From positions 64,001 to 128,000 of the IMG/VR virus record IMGVR_UViG_3300033145_000192: a DNA stretch of 64,000 nt. The stretch is one strand, 5' to 3'. Numbering within the stretch: position 1 is the first letter of the stretch; each line of letters opens with the position of its first letter. The DNA is from a virus. A program made the translations under genes and the position numbers. Shown here one piece after another: positions 18,073 to 27,092 of the stretch. The notes beneath the pieces are model-generated. The model was not told the DNA's origin and made no database searches. It saw only the letters and a list, made by a program, of their open reading frames with translations.

Positions 18073-18804
18073 CTAGTCGTTTCCAAAAAGCTCTTTTGCA
18101 AGAGCCTTACAATCATCAGCAGCGGACTTTTCTTCTGCCGCCCTGTTTCCAGTAATTTGACCACCATGAACTCTGAATGCTGACAGTATGGAGCCATTGA
18201 CCACAGCAAATTGGGTGTGCTGTGCTGCTCTCACTGTCCAATGGAAGTCTTCACAAATTCTATCCCAGTATGGTCCAGTCTTGTCCCATAGCGCCTTTGT
18301 ATACAAAAACGCCATCCCGACATCGTATCCTTCTATAAGGTCTTTGCCAGTCTGTGGTTGAGCATGTAGAACATCTCGCAGCTTCATGCCATCTTCGCGC
18401 ATGAAACAGAAGTCGCCATAAACAAGCTCAATTGACTCCTCAGCCTTAATCTCAAGCGTTTTCATTGCGTCTACTAGAGTGAGAAGGAAGTGCGGGAAAT
18501 AGATGTTGTCGTCGGAAACCCATGTGCAGTATTTACCGCGTGCTCTTTCGTGACCATGGTTTAGCGCACTGCCAGTGCCACCGTTCTCCTTCTTGTAGTA
18601 GCGCAAGTTGCGGAAAAATGAGAAATGGTCTACGACCTTCTTGGTGTTGTCGGTGCTACCATCATCCACGACAATGATTTCAAAATCGCGGAATGTCTGC
18701 GTGACAAGGCTATTGAGTCCCTGGGCTAAGAACTTCTCTCCATTATACACTGGTAGCACTATGCTGATAAGCGGCTCTTTACTATCTAGTTCTATTGTCT
18801 TCAT
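18073..18804 (-). CDS. Glycosyltransferase family 2
   Basis: ISIVLPVYNGEKFL, IIVVDDGSTD, NGGTGSALNHG, TWVSDDN, EDFHW. Confidence 0.9.
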   Translation of the reverse strand: MKTIELDSKEPLISIVLPVYNGEKFLAQGLNSLVTQTFRDFEIIVVDDGSTDNTKKVVDHFSFFRNLRYYKKENGGTGSALNHGHERARGKYCTWVSDDNIYFPHFLLTLVDAMKTLEIKAEESIELVYGDFCFMREDGMKLRDVLHAQPQTGKDLIEGYDVGMAFLYTKALWDKTGPYWDRICEDFHWTVRAAQHTQFAVVNGSILSAFRVHGGQITGNRAAEEKSAADDCKALAKELFGND

Positions 18805-18805
18805 A

Positions 18806-19828
18806 TCACACCTTAATCACATTGATGAATGGTTTCATTCTTTGCCATGGCCCCATCATAAATAGCACGATAGTTGGTAGTGCCTCTTCGGCATACACAA
18901 AGTCCGTCTTCCAGTCGGCAAACTCCTTGTCCTCATATGTTTCCTCATACTCATCATAAATGGGTAAGCCCTCAACCGGCATGGGATGCAGCCCTGGATA
19001 GGAAAGGATTGTATTGCGCTCCTCTGTGTGCTCCATGAACTCTACGAACTTTTCATCAAACTTATCAGATGCGTTTGTTCCATCTTCCAGGTCAAACTTT
19101 CCAAGCTCTGACTTGTAGAAATCTCTCTTCATCTCATGGAACTTCTTGCCCTTAGCGTGTCCATAATGATAGATGTATAGGTCTACCATTGTGAATCGCT
19201 TTGGCTGATAGCTAGCATCGAAATACGTGCATCTACCATCTGGAGCAGTTACCACTGGATGCGTGTGGTATCTCATGCCTGGCTGGTAACGAATGATTCT
19301 CTGGTGTTGAGGTTGCCATTCTGGATGTGGGGCCTTTACGTGCCTAATGTCTCTGTAGAAATGAAGAAACGTAGGAATAATCTCAGATGCATCGGGACGC
19401 GACTTAATGGCCTCGCGGACCCTATCAATCTCCCCTTCGTGATAGAACTCATCGCAGTCAACAATGAATAGCCATTCGCCTTCCTTTGAGTGGTCTATGA
19501 ACGTCTGCTTTTGTTCTTCAAGGCTCTTAAAGAATCTCTTCGCCTGGAATAGTTCGATTTTGTTATCTGGGTCTGGAAACGCTCGTATGATATCGAGTGT
19601 TCTGTCCGTAGAATGACCTTGCACTGTGCTATCCGGACGGCCCTCAACAGCCCCTTCGACAACTCGGATAATATCAAACTCATCGTAGTTATTCCTTAGA
19701 TTGGCTTCAATCCAACCCTCCTCATTGTGTGCGGCAAGACACTTGACAAGCACTGGTTCATACTTTGGCACATTGACTGTGCTAAGTATCTGTGTCATTT
19801 GCTTTACTGGAACTTGAGGCATGTTCAT
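18806..19828 (-). CDS. Glycosyltransferase family 2
   Basis: AAHNEE, VVEGA..HSTDRT, WLFIVDCDE, IYHYGHAK; start ATG 19828 after GAGGAGG. Confidence 0.75.
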   Translation of the reverse strand: MNMPQVPVKQMTQILSTVNVPKYEPVLVKCLAAHNEEGWIEANLRNNYDEFDIIRVVEGAVEGRPDSTVQGHSTDRTLDIIRAFPDPDNKIELFQAKRFFKSLEEQKQTFIDHSKEGEWLFIVDCDEFYHEGEIDRVREAIKSRPDASEIIPTFLHFYRDIRHVKAPHPEWQPQHQRIIRYQPGMRYHTHPVVTAPDGRCTYFDASYQPKRFTMVDLYIYHYGHAKGKKFHEMKRDFYKSELGKFDLEDGTNASDKFDEKFVEFMEHTEERNTILSYPGLHPMPVEGLPIYDEYEETYEDKEFADWKTDFVYAEEALPTIVLFMMGPWQRMKPFINVIKV

Positions 19829-20925
19829 AGCGCCTCCTCGATTTTCTTCACTGTATTGGCCCACGTAAATTCATTCACAGTATCATTCAAGCCTGGGAAT
19901 CCCATTGCAACTTCGTGGTCTTGCTTAATCTTGTGCGCTCTGCGCATTTGATGGACTAGTTCGTCTACACTGAACTTGCACCAGTTTCCATTACCGTGGA
20001 ACCAAATACCGTCTTGTGCGGATTCCATGCCGTCAGGCTCCACAAGGAGTGAGTTTGCATCATTCAAGAATTCCGTATGGCCACTGTAGTTGGTCGCAAT
20101 ACTAGGCACACCACACGCCATCAACTCTAGAATTTCTAGGTTCCAACCTTCGGCATGAGATGGGAAGACACCAAAGTCTACCTGGTTGAATAGCACCCTC
20201 AATTCCGCTTGCGTGTTCATCCTAGATAGAATCTTGATTTTGCTACCCATCTTAGAAGAGATATACTTCCTCTTCCATTCCTCATTGCCACCAGATGAAC
20301 GCAAGAACGGATTGTCATTCAACATCCATAGCTCTACGTCGTCATCAGGCTCAAATGCCATGTTGAAAGCCTTAAGCAATTCCTCGTGACCCTTTCTCTT
20401 TTCCCACTTTCCAATGTTGATGAAGATTGTAGACTCATGAGTCCAGTATGGACGATGCTTACGAGCTTCTTCGTCACGATAGAAAATCGTTGGGTCAACT
20501 CCTAGAGGGATAACATGGACGGGAATATCGAATTGTAGCGCAGGAGGCGGCGAAGACTGAACAACATCCCTTGCCCATTGCGAGCATACGAAGATGGCAT
20601 TCAAATTCTGAAGGTGATGAAGCTCAATTTCATTGAAAGTATCAAGCTCGAAAATTGGCCAACCGATTCTCTTGCCTGCGCCTGGGAACATATCAAGTTG
20701 GTTCTGGTGCCAGATGCGAATAGATGGAGCCTCCACATTATACGTCCTGGCATTCTTGATGGTTTCATCAATGATTTTCTGGGCGTGTGGGTCTCCACTC
20801 CATTCTGGCTTACCAATCGGCCAATAAGACACAGAGTGTCCAGCGTTGTATAGATGCTTGAGCGTATTGTATCCAACAACTCCATATCCCAATGGATTGG
20901 TAGGCGCTACAAGATTAACGAACAT
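19825..20925 (-). CDS. Glycosyltransferase family 4 (GT-B)
   Basis: FINIGKWEKRKG, FPSHAEGWNLEILELMACGVP.IATNYSG; start ATG 20925. Confidence 0.85.
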   Translation of the reverse strand: MFVNLVAPTNPLGYGVVGYNTLKHLYNAGHSVSYWPIGKPEWSGDPHAQKIIDETIKNARTYNVEAPSIRIWHQNQLDMFPGAGKRIGWPIFELDTFNEIELHHLQNLNAIFVCSQWARDVVQSSPPPALQFDIPVHVIPLGVDPTIFYRDEEARKHRPYWTHESTIFINIGKWEKRKGHEELLKAFNMAFEPDDDVELWMLNDNPFLRSSGGNEEWKRKYISSKMGSKIKILSRMNTQAELRVLFNQVDFGVFPSHAEGWNLEILELMACGVPSIATNYSGHTEFLNDANSLLVEPDGMESAQDGIWFHGNGNWCKFSVDELVHQMRRAHKIKQDHEVAMGFPGLNDTVNEFTWANTVKKIEEAL

Positions 20926-22076
20926 CAGTTCACCTTCTTCCATTGGTTGTAGTATTTCAAGATTGAATCTCTGAGCCTCGGGCCAATTAGCTCATTGCTA
21001 AAGCCCTCAACTCTTTCCCTAGCAGCCGCTTGCATCTTTGGCCACATAGCCCACTCACCAACATCTCTATGCTGCCATAGGTCAAAGGCGTTCCTCATTG
21101 CTGCTTTCAAATCACAAACATGAGGCTCTCTCCAGTTATCAGCGGCGGTATACATAAACTCATGCGGGTGAGGCATATCACAAACTGGACTGCTATTTGA
21201 AGCAACCAGCCAGCCACATTCATGGTTCACGAAGGCGGCAGGGCCAGTGTGGTCTGTAGCAATCACAGGGAGGCCGTAGCCTAATGCATCGAAGTGTGGG
21301 ACTCCCCACCCCTCTCCTCTTGATGGAAGCGCGTAGCAATCCGCAGTGGCATATAGCCTCTCGATGTCTTCGTGGGACATCACTTCATGGATGAGTTTGA
21401 TTGGTGGATAATTCTTAAGACGCAATATCCCCTTCATGGCATTGATAATTGACAGAATTCTATTGTTTTCCTGCACACCATCTTGTGGCCCCATGTAAAC
21501 CTTGAGGATAAGAACTACTGGGTCCTCTCTAGTAAACTCAGTAAAGTATGCCTTTAGAAGTGGGTCCATTCCCTTCTTCTTCGAATACTGCAAGATAGAC
21601 AAAAACTTGAAGCTATCGTCAGCCCCAGGAAGAACGAATGGCTCTACTTTCTTCTTATACTTGGTCATGTTGAACGAGTATGGAACCACTACGATTGGCT
21701 TAACAACACCACTCTTCTGTGCGGCAATTCTGTTCTGTTCAATTGGCACAAGAACCAAGTCCATTTGATTCAGCATATCAACCCACTGCTTAGGAATCCT
21801 ATCGGTTTCCCAGCAGAATGCGTTAATGTTGAACACTCCATCCTTACGCTCAGTCTCGTTTGGCGTAGTTTGCTGAATAACAATGTCTACGTCCTGCGTG
21901 TCCCTGTTCGCAAGTTTCTTCTCACGCTCACTTCTCTTGTATTCTCCACCATCGTATCTTAGGTCTCTGGTGACGAGATGCATTCCAGCAATATCAAGAG
22001 CCCTAACGTAATTCCTGGCAGCTTCAGCATATCCACTGAAGTCCAAAAGTGGGCCCACATATAGAGTTTTAAGCAT
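20925..22076 (-). CDS. Glycosyltransferase family 4 (GT-B)
   Basis: SGYAEAAR, KKKG.DPLLKAY, YALPSRGEGWGVPHFDALGYGLPVIAT. Confidence 0.87.
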   Translation of the reverse strand: MLKTLYVGPLLDFSGYAEAARNYVRALDIAGMHLVTRDLRYDGGEYKRSEREKKLANRDTQDVDIVIQQTTPNETERKDGVFNINAFCWETDRIPKQWVDMLNQMDLVLVPIEQNRIAAQKSGVVKPIVVVPYSFNMTKYKKKVEPFVLPGADDSFKFLSILQYSKKKGMDPLLKAYFTEFTREDPVVLILKVYMGPQDGVQENNRILSIINAMKGILRLKNYPPIKLIHEVMSHEDIERLYATADCYALPSRGEGWGVPHFDALGYGLPVIATDHTGPAAFVNHECGWLVASNSSPVCDMPHPHEFMYTAADNWREPHVCDLKAAMRNAFDLWQHRDVGEWAMWPKMQAAARERVEGFSNELIGPRLRDSILKYYNQWKKVN

Positions 22077-23794
22077 CAGACTATCATCCCCGGCATAGTA
22101 TTTGTGGAAGAAACACCAGTAGATGTATCAACCTCTATGCCTCTAAGAGCCAAGCTCCGTGTCCATCTAACTTCCTCAAACTTGTTCCTGGCATTTACTT
22201 GGTCACGGAAAAACGCCTCAACATTGTCCCTGGGAGTTCCACCCTTAAGACCACTCATCCAGTCATTCATCCCCTTCTCTTCTGGCTCACGACCAAGGAT
22301 GTTCGTGTAACACCATCTGACGAAAAGCTCATCTGAAATATCGCCCGATGGCCTCTTTGCTGTTACTGACTCAAACTTTGGAGGCTTGTCCCAAGTTGCG
22401 CTTCTCTCAAAAAGCTCAATGTCATTGAGGATTCTCTCAATCTTTTCTCCTGTAAGGTCCCACGAATGCATGCGCTCTGCGCAAGCCCTCGCCTGTGTGG
22501 CCAGCTTCTTCCGCTTATTCTCATCAAACGCCAACAGTTCCATCTTGTTAGCCATATCATCAATGTCTGGCAGAGCCCTAATCGCCTCTGTCTCTGCTTC
22601 GTGATATAGACGCTGAACCTTGATTGGCAATCCACCACCATTCTCTACATGGTCTTCCATCGCGGAGTAGTTCTGATACAAGCCAGCAATTCCACAAGCC
22701 TTTGATTCCATGATTGGAAGTCCCCAGCCCTCACAAATGGCCGGATGGACATAAATGTCTATGATATTGAATAGTTCAATCAGGTCTTCTTCCGACACTC
22801 CACTGTGGGTGCTCGGCATATGTGCGGCCATCTTTCCACACTTCCTGCACGCAGTAGCGCCCTGTGGAGTAGATGGAGCAAACCAATGAACATAGACATA
22901 GTCACAAGCATCGCACTTATAGGTGAAGAGCGTGTGTCTTTGAAGATTGAAATGCTGCACCAGATGCGGAATATTCCACCCCATATCTGGCCAACTGGTG
23001 TGGCAGAATAGCGCACTGTGTTGAATCCTGAGAGCATTAAACTCCTTCGCATCCAGCTTACCACCAGCCTGGACCTTCTTCTTAATCCTGGCTATCTTCT
23101 GTGGGGTGACCCACTTCCTGCGCAGTTGTGCATATGCGTGGAACAAGTCTGGATAGAGCTTACGCTTTTGATTTCTCATCACTGTGCCAAACACAAGTAG
23201 GGTTGGCTTAAGAATAAACTTGTCCCTAATCTCCGTGTGTGGAAGTGGCTTCCATACGTCAAGATTGACACCGGGGGAGGTAACGTCTGCCACCTCGATG
23301 CCATCTGCTTCTAGGACACGTTTGCCGTAGCGACTGTATGTTGAGATTGCGTCGGCCTGTTTGAAGATTCCCTTCACCCACTGCTTCTTTTGTGGTTGAG
23401 AATCTACGGTTGGCATTAGATAAAGCTTGAAGTTGCCACGGAATCTGGAAGCCTGTAGGTGTTCTACCATCCAGGGGTCGCGTGGGTCGAAAACAATATC
23501 TGGCTGGAAATCAGCTAGGATTGCATCAATCTTATACTTGCCAAACTGGTTTTGTGGGTGGCTGTCGTAAATCTTCTTCTCGCCCTCGTTTAGCGGAAGA
23601 ATACCATAGAATTTCCATGGCAACTTCTTACTCTCAGGACATACTGGCGGAGCATACGAACCAACTTCTGCAAGTTCATACTTTCCGGTAGCATGGAGCC
23701 TCTTTAGAAGCTCTCGATTGAAGATTGAAAATCCCGTAGCTAGAAAGCTGGCTTCGCCAGATATTAGAATTCTTTTCTTAGTGGGACTCGTCAT
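22076..23794 (-). CDS. Glycosyltransferase family 4 with Zn-ribbon insert and DUF4214-like C-terminal domain
   Basis: RNQKRK, YVHPAICEGWGLPIMESKACG; CDAC..CRKC insert; C-terminal FVRWCYTNILGREPEEKGMNDW. Confidence 0.85.
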   Translation of the reverse strand: MTSPTKKRILISGEASFLATGFSIFNRELLKRLHATGKYELAEVGSYAPPVCPESKKLPWKFYGILPLNEGEKKIYDSHPQNQFGKYKIDAILADFQPDIVFDPRDPWMVEHLQASRFRGNFKLYLMPTVDSQPQKKQWVKGIFKQADAISTYSRYGKRVLEADGIEVADVTSPGVNLDVWKPLPHTEIRDKFILKPTLLVFGTVMRNQKRKLYPDLFHAYAQLRRKWVTPQKIARIKKKVQAGGKLDAKEFNALRIQHSALFCHTSWPDMGWNIPHLVQHFNLQRHTLFTYKCDACDYVYVHWFAPSTPQGATACRKCGKMAAHMPSTHSGVSEEDLIELFNIIDIYVHPAICEGWGLPIMESKACGIAGLYQNYSAMEDHVENGGGLPIKVQRLYHEAETEAIRALPDIDDMANKMELLAFDENKRKKLATQARACAERMHSWDLTGEKIERILNDIELFERSATWDKPPKFESVTAKRPSGDISDELFVRWCYTNILGREPEEKGMNDWMSGLKGGTPRDNVEAFFRDQVNARNKFEEVRWTRSLALRGIEVDTSTGVSSTNTMPGMIV

Positions 23795-24140
23795 GCGCGT
23801 CGTAACTCCATTGCCTTATCCTTAGCAACTCCTCAAGCTCCTCAATAGTCATCTTGTTGCAGCCTAGGAGTTTTTCCTTACCAAACCTTTTAAGCTTCTT
23901 GTATTTGAGCAGTAGGTTGAACACCTGAGAATTCAGTGCAAAGGGCTTATGAAGTTTTGCCAGTTCACGAATCATCTCATTAGTAACGCACCTATACAGA
24001 TAGCCCCTAAGATTGCTCCTAACTGTCCTCTTGTTTTTGAGTCCATTAAGCAATCCTATGTATCCTGCCTGTCGAGCATCTTCCCTTAGCCCCTCTGGGA
24101 TATGCCTTATGGCTACATTGATGATATCCTCGTGGTCCAT
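23778..24140 (-). CDS. Small RNA polymerase sigma-factor-like protein
   Basis: REDARQAGYIGLL..LRGYLYRCVTNEM resembles sigma70 region 2 (D+xQxgyiGL..Y); only 120 aa. Confidence 0.5.
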   Translation of the reverse strand: MDHEDIINVAIRHIPEGLREDARQAGYIGLLNGLKNKRTVRSNLRGYLYRCVTNEMIRELAKLHKPFALNSQVFNLLLKYKKLKRFGKEKLLGCNKMTIEELEELLRIRQWSYDAHDESH

Positions 24141-24158
24141 ATGAACTCCAGTATTAGA

Positions 24159-24184
24159 TTCGGGGCAGCCGAAGCTACCCCGAA
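24159..24184 (-). terminator. Stable C(UUCG)G hairpin downstream of ssb (terminator or processing element)
   Basis: Minus strand TTCGGGGTAGC-TTCG-GCTGCCCCGAA: an 11-bp stem with a UUCG tetraloop; no clean U-tract follows. Confidence 0.55.
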
Positions 24185-24197
24185 CCCCTGTCCTATT

Positions 24198-24638
24198 TCA
24201 GAATGGCAGGTCGCTGCCACCAGCATTTGCTGGCGCTGACGCTGGAGCGGAGTCAGGCTGTGCCTGCCCCTGGCCAGCATCCTGGTTAGCATCCTCGCCG
24301 GGCTTATCCTGACGTGGGCGCTCTGCCTGAATTTCACTGGCGTAAATCTTCAGCTTGCTTCTCTTCTGACCTTCCTTGGAGGTCCACTCGTCAGTCTCAA
24401 GCTGGCCTCTGACCATAACTGGAGTGCCCTTCTTGACGTATTGCGAAGCATAGTCGGCTCTTTGATTCCAAACCTCACAGTCGATATATGTGGCCTTTTC
24501 ATCATATGTGCCATCACGCTTCTTGATTCTACGGTTAGAAACAAGCCTGAATGTGGCAACGCGAGATTCTCCAACGCTCTTCAACTCTACGTCCTTAACT
24601 GCACGCCCTAGGAAACGAACTTCATTGAGGTAAAACAT
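24198..24638 (-). CDS. ssb: Single-stranded DNA-binding protein
   Basis: NEVRFLGR, ATFRLVSNR, DCEVW, KGTPVMVRGQLET..W, acidic tail ending DLPF. Confidence 0.95.
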   Translation of the reverse strand: MFYLNEVRFLGRAVKDVELKSVGESRVATFRLVSNRRIKKRDGTYDEKATYIDCEVWNQRADYASQYVKKGTPVMVRGQLETDEWTSKEGQKRSKLKIYASEIQAERPRQDKPGEDANQDAGQGQAQPDSAPASAPANAGGSDLPF

Positions 24639-24682
24639 TACACTTCTCCTTACAAATATTGAACCAACTACGGTCCATGTGG

Positions 24683-24714
24683 CTTGATTATAGGCTGCTG
24701 AAAATCAAAGTAAA
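24683..24714 (-). promoter_or_regulatory. Putative promoter upstream of ssb (TTTACT-16-TATAAT, -10 continuing as TATAATCAAG)
   Basis: Minus strand TTTACT ttgattttcagcagcc TATAATCAAG, followed by an AAGGAG RBS. Confidence 0.5.
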
Positions 24715-24721
24715 GCCCAAA

Positions 24722-26308
24722 TCAAAGGTGGTCAATTGCCCTGACCAAAAAGCTGTCCCGGTCTTTCTTACCAGTAATCAGCACAGGCTTGCCTTCTTCG
24801 ATAATCCAGCCAATCCTGTTGTAGATACTAGAGAATACCACTACTGAATCAATCATGTAGGTTTCATCAGATACGGTCAGGAAGCACATTTCATTGTGAT
24901 TCTTGTCCTTAATCTTACGAACCTTCTCGATTACGACACCGATACAACCATCGGTCTTGTTTCTAAGTTTGCCCATGTTTTTGAGCTTGATGTTCACTCT
25001 TGGGTTGTAATGGAGGTCTACTAGGCTTCCAGATAGTGGAATACCGAGATAATACTTCTCCCATGCAATGCACATCTTCTTTGGTGTGCCGCCAAGTTCA
25101 CGGGCAACCTCTCCAATTGCTTCCTTGATTCTTGGCTTTCTCGACTTGTTTGGAACCTTTGAATCCATCAGGTTATTCAGGGCCTCATTAAGTGAGGACC
25201 CATCATCTAGCTGACTGAACATAAAGTCTCGCTCACGCTTTGTGAGAATACCGAAGACCTTATACCACGACAAGAGCCTGACTCTGTGTGGTGTCATGTA
25301 GTCTAAAGCACCAGATTTAATCAGTGCTATGACCACACCCTTGTTGACCTTAGTTCCTTCTCCAAATGCCTTTCTGAGAAATTCTACATCTCCCTTTGCA
25401 TCTGCAATCTTCGCTAATGCCTTTAGCGCACTCTTTCCAACTCCCTTGATATGACCAAGGCCAAAGGCTATCGTAGCACCATCAACGATGTCGAAGTCGT
25501 GGTTCAACTTCTTCAGACATGGCGGCTGAACAGTGATATTAAATAGCCTAGCCTCATGCACAAGCTCTTGAATTTCTTCCAACGAATCCTGCTTACTATC
25601 AGAGTTCGTCAACATGGCCTTAAAGAACTGTAGCGGATAGTGGCACTTTGCGTATGCCGTCTTGTAACCAATCATGGCATACGACACACCATGAGATTTA
25701 TTGAAGCCATAGCCACTGAACTTGGAAATCCAGCCAAAGATGGTCTCAGCAATCTCAGGGTCATGCCCTCTAGCTGCGGCTCCAGCAAGGAACTTCTCCT
25801 TTACTATGGCCATCACATCTTCTTTTTTCTTACCAACAGCCTTTCGGGCTACGTCAGCTTCCTTTAGCGAGAACCCAGCAAAGTCGGTGCAGATACGCAT
25901 GATTTGCTCTTGGTAAATCGGCACGCCATTGGTGTCACAAAAGATTGGCTCAAGCACCGGATGAATATATTCCGGCTCCCATTCTCCATTCCGAACTTTG
26001 ATATAGCTGTGGGTGATGGATGAGAACTCACCAGGTTTGTCTGGCTTCTCTCGATACTCGGCCTCAAGACATCCTGGCCTGATAAGCGACACAACGTCAC
26101 TTAGCTCCTCAATGTCTCTAGGCTTTACTTCTCTAGCATACCTCTTTCCAAGGTTACCTTCAAGCTGAAAAACACCCTTTGTGTATCCAGTGCCTATTAG
26201 GTCCCAGGTCGGGCCATCATCAAGAGGAATTTCCGCAAAGTCTAGCTTTGTTTTCTTGGCTTTAAGCGCCAGCGTCTTTTCTCTTCTTTCCTCTGCTTCA
26301 CTTTTCAT
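24722..26308 (-). CDS. dnaE: DNA polymerase III alpha (DnaE), C-terminal half: fingers, HhH, OB
   Basis: IPLDD..T..L..G.TKGVFQLE, RPG, YQEQIM, R+AVGKK, GYGFNKSH..Y, K.HYP, FGLGHIKGVG, C-terminal OB (KDKN..MCFLTVSDET). Confidence 0.93.
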   Translation of the reverse strand: MKSEAEERREKTLALKAKKTKLDFAEIPLDDGPTWDLIGTGYTKGVFQLEGNLGKRYAREVKPRDIEELSDVVSLIRPGCLEAEYREKPDKPGEFSSITHSYIKVRNGEWEPEYIHPVLEPIFCDTNGVPIYQEQIMRICTDFAGFSLKEADVARKAVGKKKEDVMAIVKEKFLAGAAARGHDPEIAETIFGWISKFSGYGFNKSHGVSYAMIGYKTAYAKCHYPLQFFKAMLTNSDSKQDSLEEIQELVHEARLFNITVQPPCLKKLNHDFDIVDGATIAFGLGHIKGVGKSALKALAKIADAKGDVEFLRKAFGEGTKVNKGVVIALIKSGALDYMTPHRVRLLSWYKVFGILTKRERDFMFSQLDDGSSLNEALNNLMDSKVPNKSRKPRIKEAIGEVARELGGTPKKMCIAWEKYYLGIPLSGSLVDLHYNPRVNIKLKNMGKLRNKTDGCIGVVIEKVRKIKDKNHNEMCFLTVSDETYMIDSVVVFSSIYNRIGWIIEEGKPVLITGKKDRDSFLVRAIDHL

Positions 26309-26874
26309 CTATCCTGCTCCCAGCACTTAAAGCACCTTGGTTCATACAATTCGGCACCACCAACAGCAACCTGCTCGGTGCTCCCATCTTTCCTAAATGT
26401 CCTCGTGGCAGCATGGAGCGTTTTACACTCAGCACACACAGCCTTGAGATTTATTATGTTGTCCGCAACTGCTAGGAGAGAAGGCATTGCGCCAAATGGC
26501 CTACCTTCCGAGTCTTGTGACAGTCCAGCACAGATGACCTCGTAACCCCACGAGCATACCATTTTGGATACCAACGTCTCGAAGCTCTTCACGTCAAAGA
26601 ACTGAGCCTCATCGAAGATGATAACGTCTACTGGGTGTGCTGGCTGTATCTTACGAATGATTTCAAAGCATCCACCTGGCTCATCCTTGTTCAAGATAAA
26701 CGCCGGGAACTGGTGTTTGTCATGCGTAAGAATAAGGCTAGCAGACTCATACCTTGTGTCATTTGATGGCTTGAATCCAACCACCATCTTACCAGCGACA
26801 ACATTGGCGAGGGCTAATGAAATCAGCCTAGAAGTCTTCCCCGCGAACATTGGCCCGTTAATGACTGTCAGCAT
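26305..26874 (-). CDS. tdk: Thymidine kinase
   Basis: GPMFAGKTS, IFDEAQFF, AGLSQD..PFG, LKAVCAEC, VGGAELYEPRCFKC. Confidence 0.95.
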   Translation of the reverse strand: MLTVINGPMFAGKTSRLISLALANVVAGKMVVGFKPSNDTRYESASLILTHDKHQFPAFILNKDEPGGCFEIIRKIQPAHPVDVIIFDEAQFFDVKSFETLVSKMVCSWGYEVICAGLSQDSEGRPFGAMPSLLAVADNIINLKAVCAECKTLHAATRTFRKDGSTEQVAVGGAELYEPRCFKCWEQDR

Positions 26875-27092
26875 TACTTCTCTCCAAGTTCCTTACCGTA
26901 TGTCTTCTTGAACCAGTCTCCAGCCCTAACCTTCGGCATACCAAAGGTGGCACCAGGAGCTATAATCCTTCGACATAGTCCAATGCATCTGGAATCTTCG
27001 CAGTTGTATAGAATCTTCGCATCGTGTGACATTGGAAGCTTTAAGCTGTATTTGGCTTTACACCTCTCACACTTGTATACGTAGTTAGGCAC
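26874..27092 (-). CDS. FmdB-like zinc-ribbon protein
   Basis: MPNYVYKCERC..C....C..RRII pattern. Confidence 0.65.
   Translation of the reverse strand: MPNYVYKCERCKAKYSLKLPMSHDAKILYNCEDSRCIGLCRRIIAPGATFGMPKVRAGDWFKKTYGKELGEK

Noticed and set aside
861-23794. Glycan cluster as a contaminating host capsule/LPS locus
   Set aside because: It is coupled to phage genes by overlaps, shares strand, RBS style and GATC/GTAC avoidance, and lacks flippase, polymerase and export genes.
15606-23794. T4-style glucosyl-hydroxymethylcytosine DNA hypermodification
   Set aside because: No dCMP hydroxymethylase, TET/JBP oxygenase or recognisable alpha/beta-glucosyltransferase is in the window, and restriction-site avoidance argues against global protection. 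It is not excluded without the rest of the genome.
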